Shown: positions 30,250-40,695 of the stretch, in pieces
Position numbering within the stretch: position 1 is the first letter of the stretch
How the letters are laid out: each line of letters starts with the position of its first letter
Assembly (NCBI GenBank): GCA_965601925.1
Contig: OZ271854.1
Coordinates: forward strand, 2,752,001-2,816,000
Direction of reading: 5' to 3'
Source of the DNA: Alkalispirochaeta sp.
Lineage (GTDB): Bacteria; Spirochaetota; Spirochaetia; DSM-27196; Alkalispirochaetaceae
Length of the DNA: 64,000 bases
Position numbers and translations under genes: made by a program
The notes under the pieces: model-generated
Told to the model about the DNA's origin: nothing
Seen by the model: only the letters and a program-made list of their open reading frames with translations
Databases searched by the model: none

Positions 30250-32633
30250 TGGCGGTCGCCACACACCCGATCACCGTCGCCGTCGCGGGAAATCCCAATA
30301 GCGGCAAAACGACGCTTTTCAACGGTCTCACCGGGAGCCGGCAGCGCATCGGAAACTGGCCCGGCGTCACCGTCGAGAAGAAAGAGGGTTCGGTCAAGTT
30401 CGATGCCTACAGCGAGCTGCTGGTGTCACCCTTCGTACCGTCTCCGGGACACACCGATATCGCCCACGAGGGAGACGTTTCGACTTCGGAGGGCACGGTT
30501 CACCTGGTCGATCTGCCGGGCATCTATTCCATCGCCGCATCGTCTGAGGACGAGGTTATCGCCCGTGACTATCTGCTGAGCGGTGAGGCCGACATGGTCG
30601 TCAATATCGTCGACTCTACCAATTTGGAGCGCAATCTCTATCTGACGTTGCAACTCATCGAGATGCGCGTGCCGGTTCTGGTGGTGTTGAACATGAGCGA
30701 CTTGGCGGAGAAGAGGAGTATCACGATCGACGCGGAGCACCTATCGGAACACCTCGGCGTACCGGTCGTTGCGGTAAGCGCGGTCCAACGCGAAGGCGTG
30801 CGCAAAGTCAAAGAGGCTCTCGCGGAAGCCCTTCGTTCGCGCAAGATCTCCGATACGGCGATCACCTATCCCGACCCCATCGAGCGTCAGATCGGTACCT
30901 GGGCGCCCCTGTTGACCTCCGTCGCCGGCGAGCTCGGCGCGCAGGAGCGTTGGGTCGCGGTCAAGCTGCTCGAGATCGATCCGTGGGTCACCGATCGAGT
31001 CGTCGCCGCCGGTGCGATCGAGCGAGACGAGATCGCCGCCACGATCTCCGGGATTGAAGCGGAACTCGACGAGGAGGCGGACGTGCTGTTGGCCGACGCC
31101 CGCTACGGATTCATTCACGGGCTCAGTCGCGACGTTATCAAGCGTAAGCTCGACCGCCGACAGGCGACCAACGCCGTCGACCGAGTGGTTATGAATCGCT
31201 TCCTCGGTATTCCCATCTTTCTCGGCGTCATGTATCTCGTCTTTTGGTTTACCATTTCCGTCGGCGGTGCCTTCATCGATTTTTTCGATATCTTATTCGG
31301 CGCCGTTTTTGTCGACGGGTTTGCTGCGCTGTTGGACGGGATCGGCTCTCCCGGCTGGCTCACGGGTATCCTGGCAGGGGGTATCGGCGCCGGTATTCAG
31401 ACCGTCGCAACCTTCGTACCCATTATCTTCATGATGTTCTTGATGTTGGCGCTCCTCGAGGATTCCGGCTATATGGCACGAGCCGCCTTCGTCATGGATC
31501 GCTTCATGCGCTCGATCGGACTTCCCGGAAAGTCCTTCGTGCCGATGATGGTCGGGTTCGGTTGTACGGTACCGGCAATCATGGGAACACGTACCCTTGA
31601 GAGCGAAAAGGATCGCTTCATGACGATTTTTATGTCGCCCTTCATGAGCTGCGGCGCCCGTCTTCCGGTGTATGCGCTCTTCGCGGCGGCATTTTTTCCC
31701 CGAAGTGCCGGCGTGGTGACCTTCTCGCTCTATGTCGCCGGTATCGTCCTCGCGATTCTCACCGGCCTGTTTTTGAAGTTGACGATCTTCAAGGGGGCGG
31801 CCTCACACTTTGTGATGGAGCTTCCGCCGTACCACGCGCCGCGTGTCGGGCACATCCTACGCCACGCCTGGCACCGGCTGCGCGTCTTCGTCGTTCGTGC
31901 CGGTGTAACGATCATCATCGCCGTCTCCGTACTCGCGTTCTTCAACTCTCTCGGTACCGACGGCAGCTTTGGGAACGAGGACAACGAGCTGTCGGTCCTG
32001 GCGACGGTCGGACGGACCATCACGCCGGTCTTTACTCCCATGGGAATCGAGGAGGATAACTGGCCGGCCACGGTGGGGCTGTTCACGGGTCTCTTTGCCA
32101 AAGAGGCGGTAGTCGGCACCTTGAACTCGCTCTACAGTCAGAACGAGATTCCCGACGAGGGAGGAGAGGAGGGATTCGAGCTGGGCGCCGGCGTCGCCGA
32201 AGCGTTCGCCACCATCCCGGATAATCTCGCGGGCGTAGGCGGGAGCCTCGTCGATCCCCTCGGCGTAGGAATCATCACCGGCGACGAGGAGGCGGTCGCC
32301 GAGGAGCTGGAGGCCGACAGCGCCGTCTTCCGACGGATGCGCGAACAGTTCACCGCCTCCGGCGCCTACGCGTATCTCCTATTCGTGCTGATCTACTTTC
32401 CGTGTGTCGCCGCCCTCGGCGCCGCGGTACGCGAGATGGGCAGAGGGTACGGATGGTTGTTAGCCGGGTATCTCACGGTGTTGGCGTGGGTCGTCGCAAC
32501 GCTCTTTTATCAGTTGACGACCGGTCCCGCCGCCGGCGCCGTCGTTCTCGCCCTCGCTCTGGCCGCCGGGATCGGTCTCGTGTTCGCCGTGATCGGCGCG
32601 CGACGAAACAAATCGACCGCCGCCGCTTCGTAG
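30249..32633 (+). CDS. feoB: Ferrous iron transport protein B
   Basis: GNPNSGKTT, NWPGVTVE, DLPG, NMSD, LEDSGYMARAA, PFMSCGARLP. Confidence 0.97.
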   Translation: MAVATHPITVAVAGNPNSGKTTLFNGLTGSRQRIGNWPGVTVEKKEGSVKFDAYSELLVSPFVPSPGHTDIAHEGDVSTSEGTVHLVDLPGIYSIAASSEDEVIARDYLLSGEADMVVNIVDSTNLERNLYLTLQLIEMRVPVLVVLNMSDLAEKRSITIDAEHLSEHLGVPVVAVSAVQREGVRKVKEALAEALRSRKISDTAITYPDPIERQIGTWAPLLTSVAGELGAQERWVAVKLLEIDPWVTDRVVAAGAIERDEIAATISGIEAELDEEADVLLADARYGFIHGLSRDVIKRKLDRRQATNAVDRVVMNRFLGIPIFLGVMYLVFWFTISVGGAFIDFFDILFGAVFVDGFAALLDGIGSPGWLTGILAGGIGAGIQTVATFVPIIFMMFLMLALLEDSGYMARAAFVMDRFMRSIGLPGKSFVPMMVGFGCTVPAIMGTRTLESEKDRFMTIFMSPFMSCGARLPVYALFAAAFFPRSAGVVTFSLYVAGIVLAILTGLFLKLTIFKGAASHFVMELPPYHAPRVGHILRHAWHRLRVFVVRAGVTIIIAVSVLAFFNSLGTDGSFGNEDNELSVLATVGRTITPVFTPMGIEEDNWPATVGLFTGLFAKEAVVGTLNSLYSQNEIPDEGGEEGFELGAGVAEAFATIPDNLAGVGGSLVDPLGVGIITGDEEAVAEELEADSAVFRRMREQFTASGAYAYLLFVLIYFPCVAALGAAVREMGRGYGWLLAGYLTVLAWVVATLFYQLTTGPAAGAVVLALALAAGIGLVFAVIGARRNKSTAAAS

Positions 32634-32640
32634 GTGCGCC

Positions 32641-32949
32641 GTGATCGTTTTGGACGTGAAGCGGGGGCTCAAGCGCCTGCGCTCCGTGACGCTCTCTCAA
32701 CTCGCCGCGGAGCTGGGAGAGCCGTCTTCCGTTGTGGAGGCGGCACTCTCTTTCTGGGAGTCGAAGGGGTGTGTGCGTCGTAGGCCGGCGGTGTACGGTC
32801 AATGCGCTCCCATTACGTGTGCGAGCTGTCCCCTCACCTCAACGTGCGGCGGCGAGGTCGACTCGCACGCCGATGAGTACGTTGAGTGGATCGATGACGT
32901 TGCGCGGCGTCGAGATCGGACTCCGACGGCGAGTCTTCCGGTCCGGTAG
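32641..32949 (+). CDS. feoC: FeoC-like winged-helix Cys-rich protein
   Basis: LSQLAAEL..VVEAAL..W.SKG followed by C...CASC....C; third gene of the feo operon. Confidence 0.75.
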   Translation: MIVLDVKRGLKRLRSVTLSQLAAELGEPSSVVEAALSFWESKGCVRRRPAVYGQCAPITCASCPLTSTCGGEVDSHADEYVEWIDDVARRRDRTPTASLPVR

Positions 32950-33131
32950 GGGCCGCGTCTCATCTCCCGGCCCGACGAACGGCCGCGCCATCCCCACCCC
33001 GAAAGACGGGACGCGTCGTAAGCACGTCACCCGAACGACCGAGTGATCCGTTCCGAGACTCCGGCGTCTCGCCTCGCGCTCATGTGGTGCGCTACACTCC
33101 CGCTCAAGAGATCAACGCGCACGGAGGCGAT

Positions 33132-33890
33132 ATGGGCGGAACGATACTGAATGTGGCGACGGTCGCCGTGGGAAGCACACTGGGTGTCTTTATCGGGAAT
33201 CGTCTCAGCGTCCGCGTACGGGAGTCGATCGTTACGGCATTGGGGCTGATAACGCTCTTCTTCGGTATCCAAAACGCCGTCCAAACCGGAAACCCCATCG
33301 TGACCCTTCTGAGTGTCGTGGTCGGGGTGTTGATCGGCGAATGGTTGCGGATCGACGTAGGACTGGAGGCGCTGGGCGGATGGTTTCAGCGGCGCATCGG
33401 GAGCGAAGGGGAGCCGACGACGGAGCGGGAAGAACTCCACGGGGACTCCGGAAGGCGACGCTTTGTGAACGGGTTTGTGACCGCCAGCCTCGTCTTTTGC
33501 GTAGGACCGTTGACCTTTTTGGGCGCCCTCTACGACGGAATGGGACTGCCCGCCGGGTTCCAAATGTTGGCGGTCAAGTCCACGCTGGACGGATTTGCGG
33601 CGTTGGCCTTTGCCGCGAGTTTCGGCGTCGGCGTCGCGGCGAGCGTCGTCACGATTTTCTTGCTCCAGGGTGGGTTGGCGCTTGTCGGTTCGGTGGCCGG
33701 AGCGGTGATGAGCGACGCGATGCTCAACGAGACGACGGCCGTAGGCGGGATACTGCTCATGGGGCTCTCGCTGGTCCTGTTGGACATAAAGCGCCCGCGG
33801 ATAGCAAACTTCCTTCCCGCACTCGTCGTTGCACCCGCGATCGTCGCCCTCGCCGCCGCGCTGGGGATCGATATCTACCCGACGTTGTAA
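33132..33890 (+). CDS. DUF554 family membrane protein
   Basis: GTILN, GFVTASLVFCVGP, KSTLDG, IANFLPAL; RBS GGAGG. Confidence 0.88.
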   Translation: MGGTILNVATVAVGSTLGVFIGNRLSVRVRESIVTALGLITLFFGIQNAVQTGNPIVTLLSVVVGVLIGEWLRIDVGLEALGGWFQRRIGSEGEPTTEREELHGDSGRRRFVNGFVTASLVFCVGPLTFLGALYDGMGLPAGFQMLAVKSTLDGFAALAFAASFGVGVAASVVTIFLLQGGLALVGSVAGAVMSDAMLNETTAVGGILLMGLSLVLLDIKRPRIANFLPALVVAPAIVALAAALGIDIYPTL

Positions 33891-34015
33891 TGCGCCTCAC
33901 GCCCGGGGCTCCGCAGAGGCGAAAGCGTGCGGTGCGTTGGTGGCGGTGCCGCCGGCCGAGGTCTTGTCGACCGGGCGGCATCGGGAAGCGGTGCACGCCG
34001 ACAGGTCGGGCCGTG

Positions 34016-34993
34016 CTAAACCAATGTCCCCCCGACGGCGGTACCAGGCGCCGCAAACTCCTCGATGGCGTCGAGCTCTTCCCGACTGAGTGCCACATCG
34101 AGCGCACCGGCGTTCTCATCGATGCGCGACGCTTTTCGCGTACCGGGGATGGGGAAGATATCGTCTCCCTGGTGGAGTAGCCACGCCAACGCCAACTGTG
34201 CCGACGTGATGCCCTTGCTCTCCGCGATGCGGCTCAACGGGGCAAAGCGGTCCCGGTTCACGGATAGGTTTTTGTCGGAGTAGCGCGGGTTGTTGTTCCG
34301 AAAATCATCTTTGTCCAGGCTTTTTACCGTTCCGGTGAGAAACCCGCTTCCAAGGGGCGACCACGGAACCAGAGCGATCCCGAGCTCCCTCAGGACCGGC
34401 AGAAGGTCCCGTTCCACCTCTCGACGCCATAGGCTGTACTCGTATTGCACCGCCGCGATGGGATGTACGGCGTGGGCGCGGCGAACCTCATCGGCGGTGA
34501 CGTTGCTCAAGCCCAAGGCGCGGGCTTTGCCGGCGGTCACCTGCTCCGCCATCGCGCCGACCGTCTCCTCTACCGGCACGGCGGGATCGAGATAGTGGGC
34601 GTACCACAAGTCGACCGAATCTGAGCCGAGGCGCCGCAGGCTCGCGTCCATGGCGCGGGCGACGTAATCCGGACGACCGCTGATATTGAGCGAGTATCCC
34701 CAGCCGGTCGGGAGCTCCGAGGATCTCTCGCCGTCCTTAAAGACAATGCCGAACTTCGTGGCGACCGTCGCCTTGCGTCCCGCCTCTTTCGCGGCCCGGG
34801 CGACCAACGCTTCGTTATGACCGTTACCGTAGGCGTCGGCCGTATCGATCATCATGCCCTTTTCGATCGCGTGCACCAAGGTTGCGACGGCCGCCTCTTC
34901 GTCCGCGCCGCCGTAGTACCCTTCGAGCACCATGGCTCCATACCCCATTCGGGAAACCGCCACGTCACTATGTCCAAGTCTTCTTGTTTGCAT
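34016..34993 (-). CDS. Aldo/keto reductase
   Basis: DTADAYG, ATKFG, SPLGSGFL, QLALAW, PIPGT. Confidence 0.93.
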   Translation of the reverse strand: MQTRRLGHSDVAVSRMGYGAMVLEGYYGGADEEAAVATLVHAIEKGMMIDTADAYGNGHNEALVARAAKEAGRKATVATKFGIVFKDGERSSELPTGWGYSLNISGRPDYVARAMDASLRRLGSDSVDLWYAHYLDPAVPVEETVGAMAEQVTAGKARALGLSNVTADEVRRAHAVHPIAAVQYEYSLWRREVERDLLPVLRELGIALVPWSPLGSGFLTGTVKSLDKDDFRNNNPRYSDKNLSVNRDRFAPLSRIAESKGITSAQLALAWLLHQGDDIFPIPGTRKASRIDENAGALDVALSREELDAIEEFAAPGTAVGGTLV

Positions 34994-35094
34994 ATCCTCG
35001 TTACTCCTTTCGGACTTCAATGTAGGAAAAGTACACGCGAGAGGGAGAGAATAATTGAAGAAACTTGCTCCATGGCAGGATATTATTGCTCACC

Positions 35095-36006
35095 ATGAGG
35101 ACGGTTATTGAGTATATCGACGCCGAGACGGGCGGCCCGTCGCACTGTGGAGAAGCCTTGGACATCACCGTATCGAGCCGGGACCTCGGCTGGGACGGTG
35201 TTCTCGTGGAGAAGGGGAGCTCCCCCCATTTCTACCCGGAAAACGTACGGACTCCGTACTTCTATTTCGCCCTCGCCCTGGAAGCGGACCTGAAGTGGAA
35301 GGCTCGGCACGGCGACGAGTTTGTCGACCTCCTCACCCACCCCGACGAGATTTGGATCAATCCGCCCGGTACGCCGTTCAGCCACCGCATCGACGAACCT
35401 TGCCGGTTCACCATCGTCGCCGTCGACGAGCCGGCCATGTACCGCTCGTTCTCCGGCGCGGTACAGGACGGGAGCCTCGATTTTCTCAATAACTACAACA
35501 TCGTCGACCCGACGCTCCGCAACATCATCGAGACGCTCGGCTTCGAAGCCGAGTCGGGTGGTCGGAACGGCCCGGCCTTCGTCGATGGTCTGTTGAGAGT
35601 CTTCGCCGAACACTTCATACGGAACTACTCCAATCTGGACGATGTACGGGGATCGAGCAAAGGATCGGGCGGTCTATCCGAGAGCGATTTGGTGAAGATC
35701 GACGCCTTTTTTGACGAGCACGTGGACGAATCCCTTTCCCTCGACGCAGCGGCTTCATTGGTGAACATGAGCCTCTTCCACTTCTTGAGAGAGTTCAAAA
35801 AGAGCCGCGGAATCACACCCCATCAATATCTCATCCGTCGGAAGGTCGAACGGGCCCGGACCCTCTTGCGGAAGCGTGACCTCTCCATACAACAGGTGGC
35901 CTATAGCCTGGGATTCAGCGACCAGAGCCATTTTTCCAGGACCTTTCGGAAGATTGTCGGGACGAGTCCGCGGGAGTTCCGTAAGCGGGCCGGCGCCCTC
36001 GGCTGA
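35095..36006 (+). CDS. AraC-family regulator, divergent from the aldo/keto reductase
   Basis: FHFLREFKKSRGITPHQY...VAYSLGFSDQSHFSRTF. Confidence 0.93.
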   Translation: MRTVIEYIDAETGGPSHCGEALDITVSSRDLGWDGVLVEKGSSPHFYPENVRTPYFYFALALEADLKWKARHGDEFVDLLTHPDEIWINPPGTPFSHRIDEPCRFTIVAVDEPAMYRSFSGAVQDGSLDFLNNYNIVDPTLRNIIETLGFEAESGGRNGPAFVDGLLRVFAEHFIRNYSNLDDVRGSSKGSGGLSESDLVKIDAFFDEHVDESLSLDAAASLVNMSLFHFLREFKKSRGITPHQYLIRRKVERARTLLRKRDLSIQQVAYSLGFSDQSHFSRTFRKIVGTSPREFRKRAGALG

Positions 36007-36045
36007 GGGCGGTGACCGTCGGTCGCGAAGGATCGTATGAGAGTG

Positions 36046-36675
36046 TCACGGTTCGATGTATCGGAGATACCCCGAACAGCACCGTGTTATCTCCTCGACA
36101 CATGTCCGTATGGAACGTCCGGGCGGTGGACGCAGTACCACGTCTCGAACCAGTGCGTCCAGGGCTCGCACCAGAACGATCGCCGTGAGTTCGCGATCGC
36201 CGCCGGTCGTATCGAGGCGGTGAAGGTGGTGGACAATCTCACCGGCGATGCGTCGGTAGAGACGATCGAACACCGCCCGGAGCTCATCGGTCCGAGGCGC
36301 CTCTCGATAGAGAACACGGTAGAGTGACGACGCTCGATCATGTGCCGCAACGTACGCGTCTACCAGGCATTCTACGAGGTGCGCAGGATTCGGCCGCGTT
36401 CCCCGTAGCCGGCGAGCGACCGCTTCCACCTTGGCCGCGGCGCTCCGGAGGTGCTTTTCGGCGAGCACGAGTAGGATTGCGTCCTTGTTGGGAAAGTACT
36501 GATAGAGCGTGCCGATCGATACACCGGCGCGATCGGCGATCTTGTTTGTCGTCGTAGCGGCGTAACCCAGCGCCCCGAAAACCTGAGTGGCCGCTTCCAG
36601 GATGTACTCGATCTTCTCACGCGAGCGGTCTTGCTGCGCATGTTTTCGAGGTTTAACGCCGTCTCGTCGGCTCAC
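36046..36675 (-). CDS. TetR/AcrR-family regulator
   Basis: PRKHAQQDRS, IADRAGVSIGTLYQYFPNK; GTG start after AAGGGG. Confidence 0.9.
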   Translation of the reverse strand: MSRRDGVKPRKHAQQDRSREKIEYILEAATQVFGALGYAATTTNKIADRAGVSIGTLYQYFPNKDAILLVLAEKHLRSAAAKVEAVARRLRGTRPNPAHLVECLVDAYVAAHDRASSLYRVLYREAPRTDELRAVFDRLYRRIAGEIVHHLHRLDTTGGDRELTAIVLVRALDALVRDVVLRPPPGRSIRTCVEEITRCCSGYLRYIEP

Positions 36676-36928
36676 ATATGCCCCCTTTTGAAATGCGAGT
36701 GTCGATATATGAATAATACTCACATCATCACGCCGAAAGATCAACCGCTGGCGAACGACGAGACGACCGAACATGGAGAGCCCGCCGGTAACCGGGACCG
36801 GCGCAGCGATTACCACCGACGGCCGTCGGCCCGCGGCGACGTCGTGCGGTCTGTCGGTGTGCCGGGCCGCGTGGATGTGCACCCGCACCCTTTGTGTTCA
36901 CGACACCAGTCTGGTACGGTTGGACGTA

Positions 36929-37408
36929 ATGAACATATCAAAGCGGATAGTCGACTTCGTGTACGGAACGCAGCGCGTCCGACGAGCGTACGAGGAGCAC
37001 CATCCCGACGAAACGGTCGTGGCGTCGGACGCCTCCAAGGGTATGCGAGCCGGCGAAGACAAGGTCGTACGGCGCGGCGTGAACTGGGTAGCGTCCCAAC
37101 GCGCCGTACTACTATTGACCGACAAGCAGATTGTCTGCGGAAAGTGGAACATTCCTCTCAATACGGTGGTACGTGCACAGCTTGTGGGCGTGAGAACGCT
37201 TTTGGGATCCGCCCACATACTCAAGATAGTAACGATCGATCAGGGTTACTTTCAGTTCGGGATGCAGAGGAACGTCGAATGGGTCGAGCAGGACGCGCTT
37301 CCGGTAACGCGGGCGGAGGGGGCACTCAGATACTCGCCGCTTAGTCTCATCGTAAGAATCGGCCTGATCGGATATGTCGTGTACCGACTGATCCTGCGGT
37401 TCGTATAG
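36929..37408 (+). CDS. Hypothetical protein with C-terminal TM anchor (bacterial PH-like pattern)
   Basis: AVLLLTDKQIV motif, beta-rich, hydrophobic C-terminus. Confidence 0.55.
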   Translation: MNISKRIVDFVYGTQRVRRAYEEHHPDETVVASDASKGMRAGEDKVVRRGVNWVASQRAVLLLTDKQIVCGKWNIPLNTVVRAQLVGVRTLLGSAHILKIVTIDQGYFQFGMQRNVEWVEQDALPVTRAEGALRYSPLSLIVRIGLIGYVVYRLILRFV

Positions 37409-37426
37409 CGGCGTTACCGCCGGACG

Positions 37427-38161
37427 TCACGGCTCAGTGACCGGCAGTCCGGCGCGGCGAAACGCTTCGTACGCCGTGTACACTTCGTCTTTGCGCGGAG
37501 GAGCGATGTTTTCCAGAGGATAGCGTCGTCCCAACGCTTCCCATTTGTGGCGGCCCAGCTCGTGGTAAGGGAGGAGGTCGACGCGCTCAACAGACCGCAG
37601 GGTGGCGACAAACTCCGCGGTGGCGCGCAGTGCGTCGGCCTTCAATGTGATCGTCGGCACGAGTACGTGGCGAACCCAGAGCGTCGCCGATGATGCATCG
37701 ACAAAGCGCGCGAAGCGCTCTATCCGCTCGAACGAGACGCCGGTCAGTCTTCGGTGCGCCTCTTCCTCGACATGTTTGATATCGAGGAGGACGAGATCGG
37801 TCTCCTCGATCACTCGACGTACCGAATCGGAGAGTTCGGCGAAACCCGACGTATCGAGGGCCGTGTGGATTCCGCGACTCCGGGCGCGTGAAAAGAGTTT
37901 ACCGACAAAATCGCTCTGGCCGAGAGGCTCGCCGCCGGTACACGTGAGGCCGCCGCCGGATGCGTCGAGAAATGAACGATACCTCGCCACGTCGTGGAGG
38001 ATCTCGTCCACGCTCGTCTCCGTCCCGGCGCGACGACGCCACGTATCGGGGTTGTGACAAAAGAGGCAACGCAGGGGACATCCCTGAAGGAAGACTACGT
38101 AACGCAGGCCGGGGCCTTCCAGAGTTCCCATCGTTTCGATGGAGTGAATGTGTCCGTTCAT
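37427..38161 (-). CDS. pflA: Pyruvate formate-lyase activating enzyme (radical SAM)
   Basis: GPGLRYVVFLQGCPLRCLFCHNPDTW, GGEP, LLPYH. Confidence 0.96.
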   Translation of the reverse strand: MNGHIHSIETMGTLEGPGLRYVVFLQGCPLRCLFCHNPDTWRRRAGTETSVDEILHDVARYRSFLDASGGGLTCTGGEPLGQSDFVGKLFSRARSRGIHTALDTSGFAELSDSVRRVIEETDLVLLDIKHVEEEAHRRLTGVSFERIERFARFVDASSATLWVRHVLVPTITLKADALRATAEFVATLRSVERVDLLPYHELGRHKWEALGRRYPLENIAPPRKDEVYTAYEAFRRAGLPVTEP

Positions 38162-38238
38162 GGTGTTCGTTCCGGTGCCGGGCGTGGAACGGCGACCGGA
38201 GCGGTTCGCCGCTCCGCGCCGCCCGACGCGCCGTTCAA

Positions 38239-40500
38239 CTACAACCGCTCGTGGAAGGTCCGGTTAATGACGTCCAACTGCTGTTCACGCGTCAGCTTCA
38301 CGAAGTGGACCGCATAGCCGGATACGCGGATCGTCAGATCGGGATACTCTTCCGGATGCTGCATCGCGTCCAAGAGCGTCTCGCGGCTCAGCACGTTGAC
38401 GTTGACGTGGTGGCCGTTCTGCGCGAAGTATCCGTCGAGCATCGCCTGCAGGTTGTTCATCCGCTCCTCACTCCGCATCCCGAGCGACCCGGGCTCGATA
38501 CTGAATGTGTAGGAGATACCGTCCTGAGCAAACTCGTAGGGTAGCTTCGCTACACTCGCCAACGAGGCGAGCGCTCCCTTCTCGTCGCGCCCGTGCATCG
38601 GGTTGGCGCCCGGCGCGAACGGTTCGCCGCCGCGGCGACCGTCGGGGGTGTTGCCGGTCTTCTTGCCGTACACCACGTTGGAGGTGATGGTGAGGATCGA
38701 TTGTGTCGGCGTCGCGCCCCGATAGGTGGGATTCTTGGCGATCTTACGCATGAAGCGCTCCACCAGGTCTGCGGCGATGGCGTCGACGCGGTCGTCGTTA
38801 TTACCGAAGGCGGGGAAGCTTCCGGAGACTTCGAAGTCGACGACCGTGCCCGACTCGTCGCGTATCGGGCTCACCGTAGCGTATTTGATCGCCGAGAGCG
38901 AGTCCGCGCACACCGACAGTCCGGCGATACCGCACGCCATCGTACGGAGAACGTCGCGGTCGTGTAGCGCCATCTGGAGCCGCTCGTAGCTGTACTTGTC
39001 GTGCATGTAGTGGATCACGTTGAGTGTGTTGACGTACAGCCGGGCGATCCAGTCGAGGAAGAAGTCGAACTTCTTCATGACCTCTTCGTAGTCGAGGATA
39101 TCTCCTTGAATCGGCTCGAAGCGCGGGCCGACCTGAATGCCTTCGATCTCGTCGCGTCCGCCGTTGATGGCGTACAAGAGCGCTTTGGCGAGGTTGCAGC
39201 GTGCACCGAAGAACTGCATCTGCTTGCCCAGGCGCATCGCCGAAACGCAGCAGGCGATCCCGTAATCGTCGCCCCAGTAGTTGCGCATCAGATCGTCGTT
39301 CTCGTACTGGACACTGGAGGTATCGATCGATACGCGCGAGCAGAAGTTCTTGAATCCTACCGGCAAACTACGGGACCAGAGCACCGTCATGTTCGGCTCC
39401 GGAGCCGGCCCGAGGTTGTACAGGGTCTGAAGAAAGCGAAAGCTGTTCTTCGTCACCAATGTCTTGCCGTCGGTGCCCATACCGCCGATGACCTCAGTTA
39501 CCCACGTCGGATCGCCGGAGAAGAGTTGGTTATAGTCCGGAGTGCGCAAGAAACGTACCAAACGTAGCTTCATGACGAAGTGGTCGACGAGCTCTTGCGC
39601 CTCCGCCTCGGTGATCGTACCGGCCTGGAGATCGCGTTCGACGTAGATATCGAGAAAGGTGGAGACGCGGCCCAGACTCATGGCGGCGCCGTTCTGCTCT
39701 TTTACGGCGCCCAGGTAGGCGAAGTAGGTCCATTGAAACGCCTCGAGGGCACACGTCGCCGGTCGACGGACATCGAAGCCGTGGTCCGACGCCATCGCGA
39801 CCAGCTCCTTGAGCGCGTTCACCTGTTCGGCGATCTCCTCGCGGGAACGGATCGTCTCCTCGTCCAACGAGCCGACCTCCAAGCTCGCGAGCTGCTCGCG
39901 CTTATCGGCGATGAGGCGATCCACACCGTAGAGCGCGACGCGTCGGTAGTCGCCGATGATGCGTCCGCGGCCGTAGGCGTCGGGAAGGCCGGTGATGATA
40001 CCCGCCTTACGCGCCGCCTTCATCTCCGGTGTGTAGGCGTCGAACACACCGTCATTGTGCGTTTTGCGGTAATCGGCGAAGATCCGTTCGATCTGCGGAT
40101 CGAGTTCGTAGCCGTAGGCCCTGCACGCTGAAGCCACGACGCGGATTCCACCGTAGGGGAGAATCGCGCGCTTGAGGGGTGCGTCGGTCTGCAGCCCTAC
40201 GACGCGCTCGAGCTCCTTGTCGATGTAGCCCGGCTTGTGAGAGGTAATGCTGCCGATGACCGCGGTATCTACGTCCAGCGTCCCGCCCTTCGACACCTCT
40301 TCGTGCAGCGCGCGGCGGGTCTTCTCCCACAGCGTGCGCGTGGTCTTGGTCGGGCCGCGCAAGAAAGCGGCGTCACCGGTATACGATACGTAGTTCTTCT
40401 GGATGAAGTCGCGCGTATCGATGCGATCCTGCCACCACCCCGGGGCAAAATCGCGCCACGCCGTCTCGGCGGCGTTCATGGTTCGTTCTTCTATGTGCAT
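38239..40500 (-). CDS. pflB: Pyruvate formate-lyase (formate C-acetyltransferase)
   Basis: [10 protein letters not shown] active-site [12 protein letters not shown] glycyl radical motif; RBS GAGGAG. Confidence 0.97.
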   Translation of the reverse strand: MHIEERTMNAAETAWRDFAPGWWQDRIDTRDFIQKNYVSYTGDAAFLRGPTKTTRTLWEKTRRALHEEVSKGGTLDVDTAVIGSITSHKPGYIDKELERVVGLQTDAPLKRAILPYGGIRVVASACRAYGYELDPQIERIFADYRKTHNDGVFDAYTPEMKAARKAGIITGLPDAYGRGRIIGDYRRVALYGVDRLIADKREQLASLEVGSLDEETIRSREEIAEQVNALKELVAMASDHGFDVRRPATCALEAFQWTYFAYLGAVKEQNGAAMSLGRVSTFLDIYVERDLQAGTITEAEAQELVDHFVMKLRLVRFLRTPDYNQLFSGDPTWVTEVIGGMGTDGKTLVTKNSFRFLQTLYNLGPAPEPNMTVLWSRSLPVGFKNFCSRVSIDTSSVQYENDDLMRNYWGDDYGIACCVSAMRLGKQMQFFGARCNLAKALLYAINGGRDEIEGIQVGPRFEPIQGDILDYEEVMKKFDFFLDWIARLYVNTLNVIHYMHDKYSYERLQMALHDRDVLRTMACGIAGLSVCADSLSAIKYATVSPIRDESGTVVDFEVSGSFPAFGNNDDRVDAIAADLVERFMRKIAKNPTYRGATPTQSILTITSNVVYGKKTGNTPDGRRGGEPFAPGANPMHGRDEKGALASLASVAKLPYEFAQDGISYTFSIEPGSLGMRSEERMNNLQAMLDGYFAQNGHHVNVNVLSRETLLDAMQHPEEYPDLTIRVSGYAVHFVKLTREQQLDVINRTFHERL

Positions 40501-40554
40501 GGAGAGACTCCTCGTATTGCGTGTAATGTGAGCCGACGGCTCGTGGACGTGCAT

Positions 40555-40572
40555 TATTAGCTGCGACTAACT
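40555..40572. promoter_or_regulatory. DtxR/MntR-like box upstream of pflB
   Basis: TATTAG-CTGCGA-CTAACT, 55-72 nt upstream of the start codon. Confidence 0.55.
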
Positions 40573-40695
40573 GCGGCGAGCCCATCGTACGCAAACCGCG
40601 TATGAAGATCAATAGGTAAAAATTTATTGATAATTAATTATCGTATTCTCCTTGGATAGACCGCGGAAGAGGGAGGAATCGTCGCGTCGCCGTTG

